Shown piece by piece: positions 1 to 12,927 of a stretch of 64,000 bases of DNA. Under the pieces are notes generated by a model, which saw only the letters and a program-made list of their open reading frames with translations, searched no databases and was not told the origin of the DNA. Where the stretch lies: the NCBI RefSeq assembly GCF_006345805.1, contig NC_043019.1:16491360-16555359 (forward strand). Direction: 5' to 3'. The translations under genes and the position numbers were made by a program. Source of the DNA: Octopus sinensis (Eukaryota). Every line of letters begins with the position of its first letter. Within the stretch, counting starts at the first letter, position 1.

Positions 1-179
1 TGCAGTTAGTGAGCCTGATTGCTGTTCATTGTTGTCTTTCTTTGGACTGCTGCTAGACGAGTTGGAAGTAGGCGGAAAGCCGAAGTAGAGGCAAGTTTTC
101 ACAAGACAATCTTGGAAATACTCAAAAATCTTCCTTCCGCTCACAGACCTGGCAATGTTTCGCTTTGTAGAAAATGGAT
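1..179 (-). CDS. TUT4/7: TUT4/7 coding exon 10 (end of PAP-associated region; runs off the window)
   Basis: Acceptor ttacttag|AT, phase 1. Reads (D)PFSTKRNIARSVSGRKIFEYFQDCLVKTCLYFG and completes the AIE-DPF motif of TUT4/7 (human IAIEDPFSVKRNVARSL). Confidence 0.9.
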
Positions 180-1014
180 CTAAGTAACGAAAAGATTGTT
201 TTTAAATTTATAATTAATATTGATGTTATTGATAACGACATTATTGATAACCAATATTATTGGTATCTATACAATTTCATTAATACACAAAGTCTGTATG
301 TGATTGCCCCTCCTTTCAACAAATAACACCCTACTGTCTTAATAAAACACTGTATAATGTAGTCTATGATACATGCTGAAAATATCTGAATGGTCATGCC
401 TGGAATACCTTTGACCATGGGTTTGTTCGATCAGGTTTGGTGTAGGGTAAACACACACCTAGAGACTCTAATTTACTTCCAGCAGCTAATAACATTCTTA
501 CCTGCATCTAGAATAGCTTTACCTTCAACAGAGAAACTTGTACACACATATACACTCTTAACTTCAGAAGCTAACAACACAAACCAATGGAGTAGATTCT
601 ATGTGGTCACACAATTTGCTGGAAATAGTAGCCCAAACCGCTTTCACATTGTACCTTAATTGTCTTAGAAAAAGACACATTGGGTAGTACCAGATACATG
701 GTTGTCTTTGAATGAATAAAGATGGCATGATTACCAAAGGACATCCTTAGTTTTAGCCCTGACCTTGGGATAAACAACAAACCACACACCCACATCCATG
801 CTTCCAACAGCTAAACACACACACACTCAAACATGGCAAGGTCTCTTATTTCTAAAACCTATTCAAATACATACACCCTTCCTCACAACCACACTGTCAG
901 CCCTACACAAAATAATCCTTTTACACAACACATTTTGGCCCCTGTCACCAACAACAAACCATAGCCAGAGAGATAGTTCTACCCAAGACTAGCACTACAA
1001 CTATGACAACATAC

Positions 1015-1186
1015 CTTCAATGGCAAGTCGTTTGGTCTTCCAGTTCTTTGCCACCCGGGTCAACTTGTTCTCGTAGTTGATTGAGATGACAGTGCTGGAA
1101 CTGTCGAAGCCCTGGCAGTAAAACTTCAACATCTCCAGCCATAATTCACCAACATTTAACATATTCTTCACTTGAAAGGTTGATGC
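1015..1186 (-). CDS. TUT4/7: TUT4/7 coding exon 9 (PAP-associated domain)
   Basis: ctaatcag|GCA...GAAG|gtatgt, 172 nt. ASTFQVKNMLNVGELWLEMLKFY...KNWKTKRLAIE resembles human LGQLWLELLKFY...KNWPKRRIAIE. Confidence 0.92.
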
Positions 1187-1375
1187 CTGATTAGAAGAGA
1201 CAAGAATGGAATGATTAGCTGGCACTTGATGATATTGGGAAAAAAAGAAGGGGAAAAGGTGAGGAATGAAGAAAGGAAGCAAAGCAAGAGAAATAGAAAA
1301 TTCATCAGAAGATTTTGTCTAGAAAGGATTAATAAAGAGCTAAAAAAAAAGAGAAAGATCTGGAGATATACTTAC

Positions 1376-1429
1376 TGCTTTTGTAATAGTCTCAAAAAAT
1401 CTCTCTCTCTGTTTCTCATCTGTTGCCCG
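1376..1429 (-). CDS. TUT4/7: TUT4/7 coding exon 8 (54-nt linker exon)
   Basis: atatttcag|CGG...GCA|gtaagt, phase 0-0, open frame RATDEKQRERFFETITKA. Fills the expected linker before the PAP-associated domain. Confidence 0.75.
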
Positions 1430-2082
1430 CTGAAATATTAAAAAAACAGTTTAGCTTATCACATAGAGAGAGAGAGAGTAGGCATGTGTGTATGTGCGTG
1501 TGAAGCTGGTGAGGGAACCTACCAGAAGGTCTCGGTCATTTTCACATTTCATGTGTATTTTGGCTTTGGCCAAAATACACATGAAAATACAATGCTTGAG
1601 TGAACTGACACCAAGTGTATCACTGGTATTTATTTTTTATTAAAACCTGTGAAGCCAAGTGAAATTGTAGTCATGGCCGATGCCAGTGTCACATGACTGG
1701 CACAAAAAACCATCCATTACACTCCTGGAGTGTAACGTTAGGTTGGCATTAGGAAGGGCATCCAGCCGCAGAAACCATGCTGAATCAGACTGGAACCTGG
1801 TGCAGCTCCCCAGCTTACCAATTCCAGTCAAACCATCTAAACAATACCAGCATGGAAAGCAGATGCTAAATAATGATGATGATAACACTAGGTGGGTTTG
1901 AACAGAAGATGGTAAATTAATAAACTAGATTTTGGTCAAGCATCAAATCCAGAGTTTAACCACTCTTATTGCTTTTATTTTTTTATTTATTTCATGTCAT
2001 TTACTAAATAATGAAGCTGACAAAAAGAGCAAACCAGTCACATGACTATCAAGGAGAGCAAACAGTAGCTGGCGGCATCAAC

Positions 2083-2643
2083 ATTATTATTATTGAGTGA
2101 GAGAGCAGTGCATACCATCAGAGTGACACTGGGGTACAAATACACGAAGCCCAAGTATACCCATCTGATAAGGGTACACCAGGCACATGCATCACAACCA
2201 TATGTGTGGGTGACATAGTGATCTCATAACATGATAAAAAGCGCATGACCTTTGAAGTGGGGCCCAGTTAGAATTTTCTTCAGGTCGTGTAGCCCATCCA
2301 GCATAAAAGTCCCTAAATAAGGATTGTTTAAGGATGATGAACAAAAAAACAGCAATGTTTCCAAAGGTGAATTATCCAAACCCCAAAGAATCCCTCTCAA
2401 CACATGGTTATGATGCTCCCCCACTAGCTCTGCTTGTGATCAAGGATGCACATATCGTCAGCCATTAAGGGACATGCTCAACTGGTTACAGTCAAGCAAC
2501 TGACTAACAAATCTGTGGTATTGAGCAAAATATTTGCTGCAGCCCATCTTTTATACCAAGATAAAACTATGTACATGATAACACTTCCAATCATTTAAGA
2601 TGAGAAGCCATGAGAGCCACTGCCTGGTACTGCATCAGGGCAT
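2083..2643 (-). mobile_element. Probable non-LTR retroposon 3' fragment
   Basis: Complex block bounded by (TTA)n tracts, with the minus strand ending in an (AAT)n tail. Family not identified. Confidence 0.4.
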
Positions 2644-3264
2644 CTATTATTATTATTATTATTATTATTATTGACACTGACCAATTACTCTCAGTGTGTG
2701 TATGTAGATATAAATACATTTCTCACTATCGCTCTCCTTACCTTTCCAATTGGCATGTATCTATGTACCGACAGCAAGACACCTATCTCTATCGCTCTGT
2801 ACCTTTAATCTCTAAACTGGCACAAAGCCACCCACCCCACACTCAATACTACTCTCCTCTCCCAGTTGAGATTTTTTTTTTTACCATTTTTGTCTTGCAA
2901 GGTATTTCATGACCCTATCCATGAGGTGCCACATAAAAAGCATCCAGTCTCCTCTGTAAAGTGGTTGGTGCTAGGAAGAGCATCCAGTTGTAGAAACCAT
3001 CCTAAAACAGAAAGCGGAACCTTGCATGGCCCCTGGCGAAGCCAGTTCCCAGTCAACCCTTCCAACCCATGCCAGCATGGAAAATAAATGTTAAATGATG
3101 ATGATGGTGAGAGTGGATATACATATATCAATCAGAGTGTGTATGTGTAGATATGCACATACATTTATAAATGTGCGTGTGTGGGTGATCCAGCTGAGAC
3201 AAGAAACAAAAAAGAAAAAGAAAAAGAAAATAAGAACCAAAGAATGAAGAATATGAATTCTTAC

Positions 3265-3378
3265 CACGTGGTAGACAGGCAAAATAGGGTTTGGGATTCT
3301 CTGTAGAAAATAAACTGTCATCAAGTAGGTGCAGTAAGCTGGTAGAGTTCCCTCCTGTTGACGGTCGACACGACAGAT
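3265..3378 (-). CDS. TUT4/7: TUT4/7 coding exon 7
   Basis: cattctag|ATC...GTG|gtaaga, 114 nt. ICRVDRQQEGTLPAYCTYLMTVYFLQRIPNPILPVYHV (human GGIPSYCFALMVMFFLQQRKPPLLP). Confidence 0.9.
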
Positions 3379-3488
3379 CTAGAATGAAACGAAAAATAGA
3401 GGAATGAATTTATACAGACACACACAAGGGGACATGAACGGCTGGAAGGGGCAACTTCAATGAAAAAAGCTAAGGACTCTGGGTATAC

Positions 3489-3523
<35 letters not shown>

Positions 3524-4915
3524 GCTACAGGCACAGTCAAGTGGATAAGACGGTTGCTTTGTAACCATGAGATATCAGTTTCAATCTCATATATAATCTT
3601 GTGCCTGACCCTTGTAAAGATAGGAAAGTAGACATTAAAATTATGATGATGATGATATATACACATAAACAGGCACCATTATTCTACGAAGATTCATTTC
3701 TAGAAACAAAATGTCATTTAAATTCTGTTGTGGTGGAATCTGAACCCCCCGTGAATGGATAAAGGAACGGTTCCAAAACGTATAACTACACGTGTGCTGG
3801 AGATAGCAGAACAGTGTTATATGTGCAGCCATATATTACGCAGAGAGTCACAGAAGCTTAAAAGAAGAGAAAAAAAGAGATATATTACGTGTTGGTGAAT
3901 GAATATACAATAAAGTCTGCAACTACATTAAAACATTGTAACAAATTCTTAATCTAGAATTTAATAGACAGAATGCTCTTGTGTTGTTTTTAATGATTTG
4001 ATCTGATTGGGCATCGTTCTGAGAAGCAGTGTCCACACAAACAAAACAGCAGAAATGAGGGGTGTCTATTTACTTTTGACATGTCTTTGTGTACGTGTGT
4101 GTGTGTGTTGTGTGTGTGTGTGTGCATTATCACCATCACCATTACTGTTTTAACATCCACTTTTCCATGCTTGCATGGGTTGGAGCAAATTTGCTGAGGC
4201 AGATTTTTCTATGGCCAGATGCCCTTCCAGTCACCAATCCTTATCTAGGTAACAAAATATTTCCCCAAGACCAGAGAGGTTTGCAGAGGATCAGAAACAA
4301 AGGACACTGCTTGTATGACAGTGGCACTTGTTCACAACTGTCCAGCAATATCAAAGCAAGGAGACATTGACACACACACACACACACATTTATACATATA
4401 CACACATATGTATGTAACCAACAGGCTTCTTTCAGCATTCATCTACCAAACTCCTCACAAGGCTTTGGTTGGCCTGGGGTTATAATAGAAAACACTAGTC
4501 CAAAGTGCTATGCAGTGGAAATGAACCAAAAACTGTGGAAAGGAAGCAAAATTCTAACCATATCTGTACACACACACACACAAACATATATCATCATCAT
4601 CATCATCGTTTCACGTCCACCTTCCACACTGGCATACACACACACATACAGAATATGTATACACACACATACCAACACTGCATAATCTCATAGAATAAAG
4701 GCCCAAAATTCTTTACACTGGAACAATTGACAAAAATCAGCCCAAGTATATTACTGGTACTTTATTCAATTCCAGAGGGATAAGCAGTAAGCTTAAACCT
4801 GGTAGTATTTGCATGTAAATAGCACAAAGCATTTCATCCAGTGCTCCACCGATTCTATCGAGTCATCCAAAACAACACAGATAAAAGACAAGAAAACCCC
4901 TACAAAAATACAAAC

Positions 4916-5115
4916 CTTTGCCCAATAACGGAATGCCACGGCTAATTTTTTAGCTCTGATGTCAATCGAGCTGTAGATACCTAGGAGCTGACTAGTTTGA
5001 CGAGCTAGTATGGAGTTGACGGTGATTTGACAGTACAGTTGGTGCTTGTCATTGGATCGGAAATACACCAACGGGACTTTGGCCAAAAAGTCCTTTTCCA
5101 CATCTTTGAAGAGGT
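4916..5115 (-). CDS. TUT4/7: TUT4/7 coding exon 6
   Basis: cttttcag|AC...AAG|gtttgt, 200 nt, phase 1-0. DLFKDVEKDFLAKVPLVYF...LAVAFRYWAK carries the AKVP and AFRYWAK motifs. Confidence 0.92.
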
Positions 5116-5283
5116 CTGAAAAGATACAGAAAACTTAACATGAAACAAAACAAGAGAAAACACAGGGGGGAAGAAAGAGAGGGAACATGGCACCTTGGGT
5201 AAATGTACTATAGCCCCAGTCAGACCAAAGTTCTGCGAGGGAATTTGGTAGGCAGAAACTGAAAGAAGCCCGCCATGTCCATA

Positions 5284-5793
5284 CAAGGTCGGATCAAAAA
5301 GTATCACAATTGGTGCAAAAGAAAGAAAACTACAACACGTATCAATTCTTTGGCATTGAATCTCCTTCTTCTTCAAAGGAGTCCTCTTCTGAAACCATGC
5401 ACTTTATCCAGCATCATTTCAATTGATGGAAGCATTCCTGGAACTCCTATGTTGGGGGACAGCATGCAACTGACTTGTTGCATTCTCTTGGATCTGCTTG
5501 ACATCTTGAAAACTTGTGTCTTCCATTGCAAAGACTGAGCGTTGATTCTGGAGTCATAGCCACAGACCCATGATTTGTCATCTGTTATGACCATTTCTAA
5601 AGTGTTTTCATCTTCCTTGACATAAGGAGAAGCTGCACAGCTGAATCCCAATTTTCTTTTTGTGATGACCACATTCTACACACCTTACTTTCAATCACTG
5701 TTAGAAACGACAGAAGTGAGCGAGAATGTTCATTCTACATACTTTAGCTCCGTTACCATAACAACGGTCCCGATACTTTTCAATTGAACCTCA
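5284..5793 (-). mobile_element. Internally deleted mariner relic
   Basis: Imperfect TIRs CAAGGTCGGATCAAAAAGTATC / GATACTTTTCAATTGAACCTCA. Relic peptide VITDDKSWVCGYD...QSLQWK. Confidence 0.75.
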
Positions 5794-5924
5794 TGTGTGT
5801 GGGTGTGTATGTGTATCATCATCATTATTTAACGCCTGTTGTCCATGCTTGCATACGTTAGAGAGTTTGACCAGAGAGGGCAAGCTGGGAAGCTATGCCA
5901 GACTCCAGTCTAATTTAGTATGGT

Positions 5925-5962
<38 letters not shown>

Positions 5963-5966
<4 letters not shown>

Positions 5967-6342
5967 TCACCATCATCGTTTAACGTCCGTTTTCCATGCT
6001 GGCATGGATTGGACGGTTAGGCTGAGGACTGGCAAGCCAGGAGGCTGCACCAGGCTCCTATCTGATTTAGCAAGGTTTCCACAGCTGGATGCCCTTCCTA
6101 ATGCCAACCACTCCGAGATTGTAGAGGGCGCTTTTTACATGCCACCAGCACAGGAGCCAGTCAGCGGGCCTGGCATCACTCACATTTGGATGGTGCTTTT
6201 TATGTGCCACCAGCACGGGAGCCAGTCATGAGGCACTGGCATCAGCCATGTTCAGATGACACTTTTTACATGCCACCGGCACAGGAGCGAGTTAGGTGGG
6301 CCTGGCATCGATCATGTTCGGACAGTGCTTTTTATGTGCCAT
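5963..6342 (-). mobile_element. RTE 3'UTR fragment, representative of many copies (e.g. 13070-13410, 19909-20070, 23050-23520, 28310-28727, 46330-46770, 57750-58090)
   Basis: CATCATCGTTTAACGTCCGTTTTCCATGCTGGCATGG...GCTGGATGCCCTTCCTAA followed by tandem units. Confidence 0.85.
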
Positions 6343-6766
6343 ATATGTACATATATGTATGCAGGTTGGTGTGAGAGTGTTTGGATCTCCTTGTCTTGAT
6401 ATCACGTGAATATTATTTATTTCCAATATTCTGCAAAAACGAGTCTTCCCATGGGGAAATATTATCTTGCTTGGAAACGGAAGGTTTGGTGACAGAAAGA
6501 GTATCTGGACATAGAAAATCTGCCTCGATAAACTCCGTCCAACAAATGCGACCATGAAAAAGTGGATGTTAACAATGACGATGGCGGTGAAAATGTATCA
6601 GTGAAAACAGTTGGAAAAGTAAAAGAAACAAACCTGGCAACGTTGAACGACTCAAAGAGTATCAACAGAAAGAAAACTTTGGAGAAATTAGGAAAGCCAA
6701 CAGTGAAAAATAATATTTTAATTTAGAGATGATTAAATAAAAGAAGAAATAAATTGAAGTCCTCAC

Positions 6767-6907
6767 CTGATTTTTTAAGGCTTTCATAAGTCATTTTCAG
6801 GCCATTTGCCAATTTCATGTCAGGTGGGGTTTCTAAATCTATGTTGAGATCACTGCTTTTCAAACCAAACTCGCTCTGCACTGAACCATATAGATGCAAC
6901 TTTACAC
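6767..6907 (-). CDS. TUT4/7: TUT4/7 coding exon 5 (N-terminal nucleotidyltransferase GS motif)
   Basis: tttgtcag|GT...TCAG|gtgagg, 141 nt, phase 1-1. LHLYGSVQSEFGLKSSDLNIDL. Confidence 0.92.
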
Positions 6908-7399
6908 CTGACAAACAGAAAAATTGGAAACAGTAAGGTGTACCAGATGATAATTACAGGTGAATATACTTAAATAATCACAGGTGTGTATGTTCCTAAA
7001 ATGGCCACCATATTTACTTCTTTTATATTGCAATTTGCAAGAGAAGACTAGCATCATTGATCACAGGTTCCTGCTGGCCCAACTGCTCATTCACAGCATT
7101 TCTGCTGGTGACAGTGACAAAGGGAGTATTAATGACTCAGTGTAGAACAAATACCCACAAGGATTTTGAAGAATACTGACTTTTTGGATTTTCTCATTGA
7201 TACATACATCACATATATAGTGTGTATATGTGTTTGTGTGTACACACACACAAGTGTGTGAAAGGAAGGCAAATGTGAGCATGTCTTTTTAGTAACTGAC
7301 ATAGGTTGCTCAAACTGCACACGTTGGTACAATAACTCTCCCTCTCTAGTAACTGTTTTTCCTGCTGTTCTTCACTGCAAGAAAATACTGAGTTCCAAA

Positions 7400-7790
7400 A
7401 AGAAACCAAATGCTATCATTGAGTTCTTGACACAGGGGTGGGTGTGCATGTTGTCTGACATCCACAGAAGGCTCCAGGGTGACACCAGCAATAAGCGTAA
7501 TGTGCACAGATAGTTGAAGAAGTTTGAAGAAGGGGAAAAACGAGTGCCTGGGAAATTGACACCCAGTTTGAGGGAGTGAAGGGTGGGCGTCTACCCTGAT
7601 CTGCTGGAAGTGTTTGAAGTCAATGAAATTATATTTTTTTCCAATCTGGTGAATGGATGAAACGTAGGCACATCTTTATGATCTGGAAAGAAAAGCTCTG
7701 CCCAAAACATGGTGTCACAGATCTTTACCAAGGACCAGTGATCAGCACAAAAAATTATAGTGACTGTTTTAGGACGACTAGTAAGTCATG
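7400..7790 (+). mobile_element. Highly decayed mariner transposase fragment
   Basis: Traces of DET(W)xHLYDxE and SAxKIxVTVF(W)D motifs across frames. Boundaries approximate. Confidence 0.45.
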
Positions 7791-8533
7791 CCCTTGCTAA
7801 GACTAAATGATCCCCTTAACTCTTTATTATTGTTGCTTCAAGTAGGAGGGCACAGCAGTGAGCATAGAATCTGCAGGCACAACCTCGAGTGAAGCTGACA
7901 ACTGGCTTAATAACTTCATGCAGAAGATGGTCTTCCTCAGTCACGAGTAGACAAGGACCTGTTACATGGTTAAGCTGTAGATGATTAAAATGGCAATCCT
8001 ACCAAACCTGCTTAGTAAGGAGGGTGGTTTTTGTTGGACACCCTGCAGGACGGAGAACAAAACCCTATCAAAGATCAGTTGAACAGAGTCAAGTCTATAG
8101 CCATCCAACTGCCGAGAGTGAGAGACCCCTAACCTTTGTTTAGGCATCTCTCTACAAAAAGGAAAGCTCTGACGCAACACTAGCAACTTCTATTGCATCC
8201 AATGATGTAGACTAGTTTTTTTTAGACAAATGAATGGATTGTTTAGAGAATAGGATTGGCCAATGCAAGGCCTTTCCTCACTTTAAAAAGCCCCAATCAT
8301 AGGCATCTTTTGCATTACTTTGGCTGGCCACAGCTAAAACAAAAGCATGAGTGATAAGCTCTCTAAACACCTGCTGCAAGAGGCACCCATCATTGCTACA
8401 TCTGTACAAGAGAGTGTATGTCCCTGACAGGACTGAAAAGTCACATTCGTGCTGCCCGTGATTCAGAAAACAATAAAGCACTTGCTTGAAATCAAGTTGC
8501 ACCATTATATATATATACATGTATATATATATA

Positions 8534-8886
8534 TTCTTTTATTTGTTTCAGTAATTTGACTGCGACCATGCTGGAGCACCGACCCCAGGACTTATTCTTT
8601 GTAAGCCTGGTACTTATTCTATCAGTCTCTTTTGCTTAACCACTAAGTTATGGGGACATAAATGCACTAACATTGCTTGTCAAGCGATGGTGGGGGGGAC
8701 AGTCACACAAACAAACACACACACAATGGGCTTCTTTCAGTTCCGTTTACAAAATCCACTCATAAGGCTTTGGTTGGCCCGAGGCTATAGTAGAAGCCAC
8801 TTGCCCAAGGTGTCATGCAGTGGGACTGAACACGGAACCATGTGGTTGGTAAGCAAGCTACTTAGCACACAGCCACTCCTGCGCCT
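8534..8886 (-). mobile_element. SINE family A copy
   Basis: Reverse-complement match to 21541-21977 from tail to head (AGCCACTCCTGCGCCT). Confidence 0.85.
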
Positions 8887-9371
8887 ATCAGGTATGCTGG
8901 TGTAAACCGGGAAAATAGAACTTTAAAAATATTTTAAGTACCAATGCACAAAGCTCTTGGACCTTGAGTCATTGTTACTCCTGCTAAATATTAATAAAAC
9001 ATATATATACATATATACATACACAATCCTATGTAAGGGGTATGAACACTTTCACACACACATACAAATCCATTCACAAGGCTTTGGTTGTCCTGAAGCT
9101 AGAGGAGAAGACACTTGCTCAAGATGCCATGCAGTGGGACTGAACTGAAAGCAACATGACTGTAAAGCAATCTTCTTACCTGTATAGCCATGCATTTGAC
9201 TGGCTAGAAATAGCAGTGAATTTTTCATGAAATTAGATCTTATCAGTTTAATAAATGATGATCACATTTGATTATGTATGCCTAGATATCCAAAGGACTG
9301 CTGGATTAGGACTGACCCGGGGCTAACCAAGAACTAAGGCAACCCAAAAACAGCAATTCAAAAGCTCTCAC

Positions 9372-9549
9372 CTTTTATGTCTTCTTGCAGAAATTGTTCA
9401 ACTTTTTGGACAAACTTCCTCCGGATCTGAACCTCAGCTGTGGTCAAGCCATGCTCTTTATAGACACGCTCCACCGTGTCTTCTATATCTCGCAGTTGAA
9501 GTGAAGTCGGTGTGGGCAATTTCCTCAGCTTGTCTTTTGCTGCCGCTAT
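9372..9549 (-). CDS. TUT4/7: TUT4/7 coding exon 4
   Basis: gtttgcag|ATA...AAAG|gtgaga, 178 nt, phase 0-1. LRKLPTPTSLQLRDI...EHGLT resembles human LRSLPPPSPAHLAAL...EHGIT. Confidence 0.9.
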
Positions 9550-9881
9550 CTGCAAACACACCAAAGAACTGATGAATCAATGGTTTACTGTTATGCAAAT
9601 GAGGAAATATTGAGTTGATTGGAGTGAAATTGAATCAGGAGAAAACGAGAAGGGAAGAGTGTTAAGAAGGGAACAGGTATTGCTAAGAAGATGACAAGGA
9701 AGAACATCACCAGAGTAGCAGAAACGACTGTATGGAATTGGTGGCTGAGAAATGAAAGGTGAAGGGTTAAGACATGAAGTATGGAAGAGTGGCATTGAGT
9801 AGATTGAAGGATGTGGAAGGAGAAATAAAGGAGAGAAGAGAGGGAGGAAAAGAAAAGCAGAATAAAAAGGGAGAAAAGTTA

Positions 9882-10240
9882 ATGTGGCTGTGTGGTAAGA
9901 AGTCTGCTTCCCAACCACAAGGTCCCAGGTTCAATCCCACTGTGTGGCACCTTGGCCAAGTGTCTTCTACTACAACCCTCGACCAACCAATGCCTTCTGA
10001 ATAAATTTGGTAGACAGAAACTGTGAAGAAGTCCATCATGTGTATGTGTGTGTGCGTGTGTGTGTGTGTAACCACTGCTTGACAACCGATGCTAGTTTGT
10101 TTACATCCCCATAACTTAGTGGTTCAGCAAGAGACCCAAAGAGTAAGCATCAGACTCAAAAATAAGTAGCAAGGTTGACTGGTTCAACTAAACTCTTCAA
10201 GTGTGTTGCCTTCGCATGGCCACAGTCCAACGACCGAAAG
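9882..10240 (+). mobile_element. SINE family A copy (diverged)
   Basis: GTGGCTGTGTGGTAAGA head, CACCTTGGCCAAGTGTCTTCTACTA centre, GCATGGCCACAGTC tail. Confidence 0.8.
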
Positions 10241-10458
10241 AACAAAGAGATTGAGTAAAAGGGAGAAAATGCAGATAGAAAAAGAAAGAAAGAAAGAAAG
10301 AACAATAGAAGTGCAAAAAGCAATGTTGAATGAAAGAGAAGGAAAAGAAGAACAAAATGAAAGAAGATGAAGTGAAATGAGAGGAAAAGAAGCAAGAGTG
10401 TAAAGAAGATATTGGGAAATGGTGAGGAATGAACTGAAGGAAATGGCAAGAATCTCAC

Positions 10459-10575
10459 CTCTTTGCGCCATTGGTGTTTAATGGTTCGGATGTGTGTCAA
10501 GCAATCTGCATCATTCATACAATGGAATTCACATAAACGGCAGAAATACTTGGCATCTGGAAACCGGGCAGATCG
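10459..10575 (-). CDS. TUT4/7: TUT4/7 coding exon 3 (C2H2/matrin-type zinc finger)
   Basis: ttccacag|CGA...GAG|gtgaga, 117 nt. KYFCRLCEFHCMNDADCLTHIRTIKH has the C-x2-C-x12-H-x5-H spacing. Confidence 0.92.
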
Positions 10576-11926
10576 CTGTGGAAACAATAGGCTACACATC
10601 AAACGCAGGCCAATTACATCAATATACTTAGATATTTATGCAAAACACAGAAATCAGAAGACCTAAAATAAATGTAAATACTATAAAGCCTTATTGTGGG
10701 TTAAATAAAAATGTAAACACATTCTTTCCATACTGTTGATGTAAGCTGTGTTGAGCATATATATTGTTTAATTAATGATAAACCATCAAAAGTACAAATA
10801 TGCAAATTAGGCTATCCACAACAGTGCTAGACTAATTCATGACTGCTTTAAAAGCAGCTAATTTATGGTACTGTTTGGGGAAGTCAACAATGAAACAGTC
10901 ACAAGCAGAATCCCCCCCTCTTTCTTTCCACACATCAGTTGTAGAGGAAGAATATGTTGACATTGTTATTTAACCACAGTAAGGGTTTATAATATTTGCA
11001 ACCGTATAGAGGCCCACACATTGGTTCGTTACAAGACTTCTTATGTATGCAACTATGAGAGGTGATGAGATGACAGCACAAATATGCTTTTCTCAATAAC
11101 ATTGACAATATATATAATAATATTTAGTCCCAAAGGGATTGCAAACTTTATTGATCAATAAATTATTGCCACATGATATTTACTTCCATTTAGGTACAAG
11201 AATAGTGAGCAGCCTGAATAAAAAGGCTCCAAAGCCAGGAAGCCACTGGCCAAGATGTGCAATATTTTCAACATTTTAAGGAGGACATCACAAGGGGAAT
11301 AGCTTAGGACTTCTCTTTATCTGAATCTGGCACTAGCTGTGATAGTAAGAAACTCAACTATCCAGCACATGGTCATAAGTAGAGATCTTACAACTGTTGT
11401 GTTGTACATTGTAATGATAGGGAGATTTGGTTCCTATTTCTAGCACATTAATCAACCATGAAAAGACTGTTGGCTTTGTGCGTGTGTGTGTGTGTTTCTA
11501 GACAGAAGACACTCGGTGGGTTCACCTAGTTGTTGGTGTTAGTCACTAGATGATCTGGGAATGGAGCCTATTCTATCCAGTGGAAGATTTAATTCTCATC
11601 TGCTTTTACAGATCAAGAAACCAGAACTTACTGTTAGCCATTAAAATAACTGAAGGGCTCCCATTTTGTTGCAGATCTCCCAGTAATTCTTGCCCAAGAT
11701 TGCAACCCTCCAGAACACCAGCATAACATTTCTTCAGTGTCTTACAAATATTCTAACAGAAGAACGCTAACTGCATCAATCGAGAGAGAGAGAGATGCCC
11801 AAAACCAAAACCATCACCTCCTCTGGTTATAATTATGAATTCTAAAAAAGTGAAAAAGTAGGTTTCCACTACTTCCCATTTGCAATGTTTAATACACACA
11901 CACATACATACATACACAATCATGTG

Positions 11927-12310
11927 TGAAGGTGCAATGGCCCAGTGGTTATGGCAGTGGACTTGTGATCGTAGGATCATGGTTTCAATTCCCAGACCAG
12001 GCATCATGAGTGTTTATTGAGCAAAAACACCTAAAGCTCCACGAGGCTCTGGTATGAGGTGGTGGCAAACCCTGCTGTACTCTTTCACCACACCTTTCTC
12101 TCACTCTTTCTTCCTGTTTCTGTTGTACCTGTATTTCAAAGGGCCAGCCTTGTCACACTGTGTCACACGGAATCTCCTCAAGAACTACATTAAGGGTACA
12201 TGTGTCTGTGGAGTACTCAGCCACATGCACATTAATTTCACAAGCAAGCTGTTCTGTTGATCAGATCAACTGGAACCCTCATCATCGTAACCAACAGAGT
12301 GCCATGACGA
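11927..12310 (+). mobile_element. tRNA-derived SINE family B
   Basis: Head GGTGCAATGGCCCAGTGGTTA...GGTTTCAATTCCCAGACC and body AAAACACCTAAAGCTCCACGAGGCTC, shared with the 18603 and 22770 copies. Confidence 0.8.
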
Positions 12311-12883
12311 CGGCACAATCATGTGAGTATGTATGGAATAAGGACTGCAAAAAAGAAAATAATTATGAAGAAGAATTTTCAAATTATAAATGTTTCCTAA
12401 GCGCCATTGCTTGGTTCTGACTTGAAGGAACGACACAAATGAGAGCACAATTTCTGCTGCAGATTAACATTCCCTGATTATTTGGCACCTACAGGTTAAC
12501 TGGGGCAATGTCTTCTGCCCAGAAATACCTAGGAGATAAAAAAAAAAAAAAGAAAAAAAAAGCCAATGAGGAAGCTTCTACATGCTAGAGATAGCTGCTA
12601 AATTTCTTTTAAATCCTACAAAAAAGAAGGCATCATTTGATAATGTAGTCCAAAATATTCGTTAAAGGATGAGACACTCAAATCTGAATAACCTTCCATT
12701 AGAGCTTGACTTGATCAAGGCCAAGTTAAGACTTACAAAAAAAAACCTGGCAACAAATGTGAACTAATGACCTACATAGAGATAATCCAGTGTGTTATCC
12801 ACTCAGTTATATCTCAACAAAGGATTAGTGATTTTAAACAGTAGTTGAGGGGGGGAGGGGGATGTCAATAGATAGTTACTTAC

Positions 12884-12927
12884 TCGTTTCAATGGATAGA
12901 CTTTATCTTCTTTGGAGAGTTCTTCAG
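12884..12927 (-). CDS. TUT4/7: TUT4/7 coding exon 2 (44 nt)
   Basis: tattacag|CT...CGA|gtaagt, phase 1-0, which reconciles the flanking exon phases. (A)EELSKEDKVYPLKR resembles human ERLERDHIFRLEKR just before the zinc finger. Confidence 0.85.
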
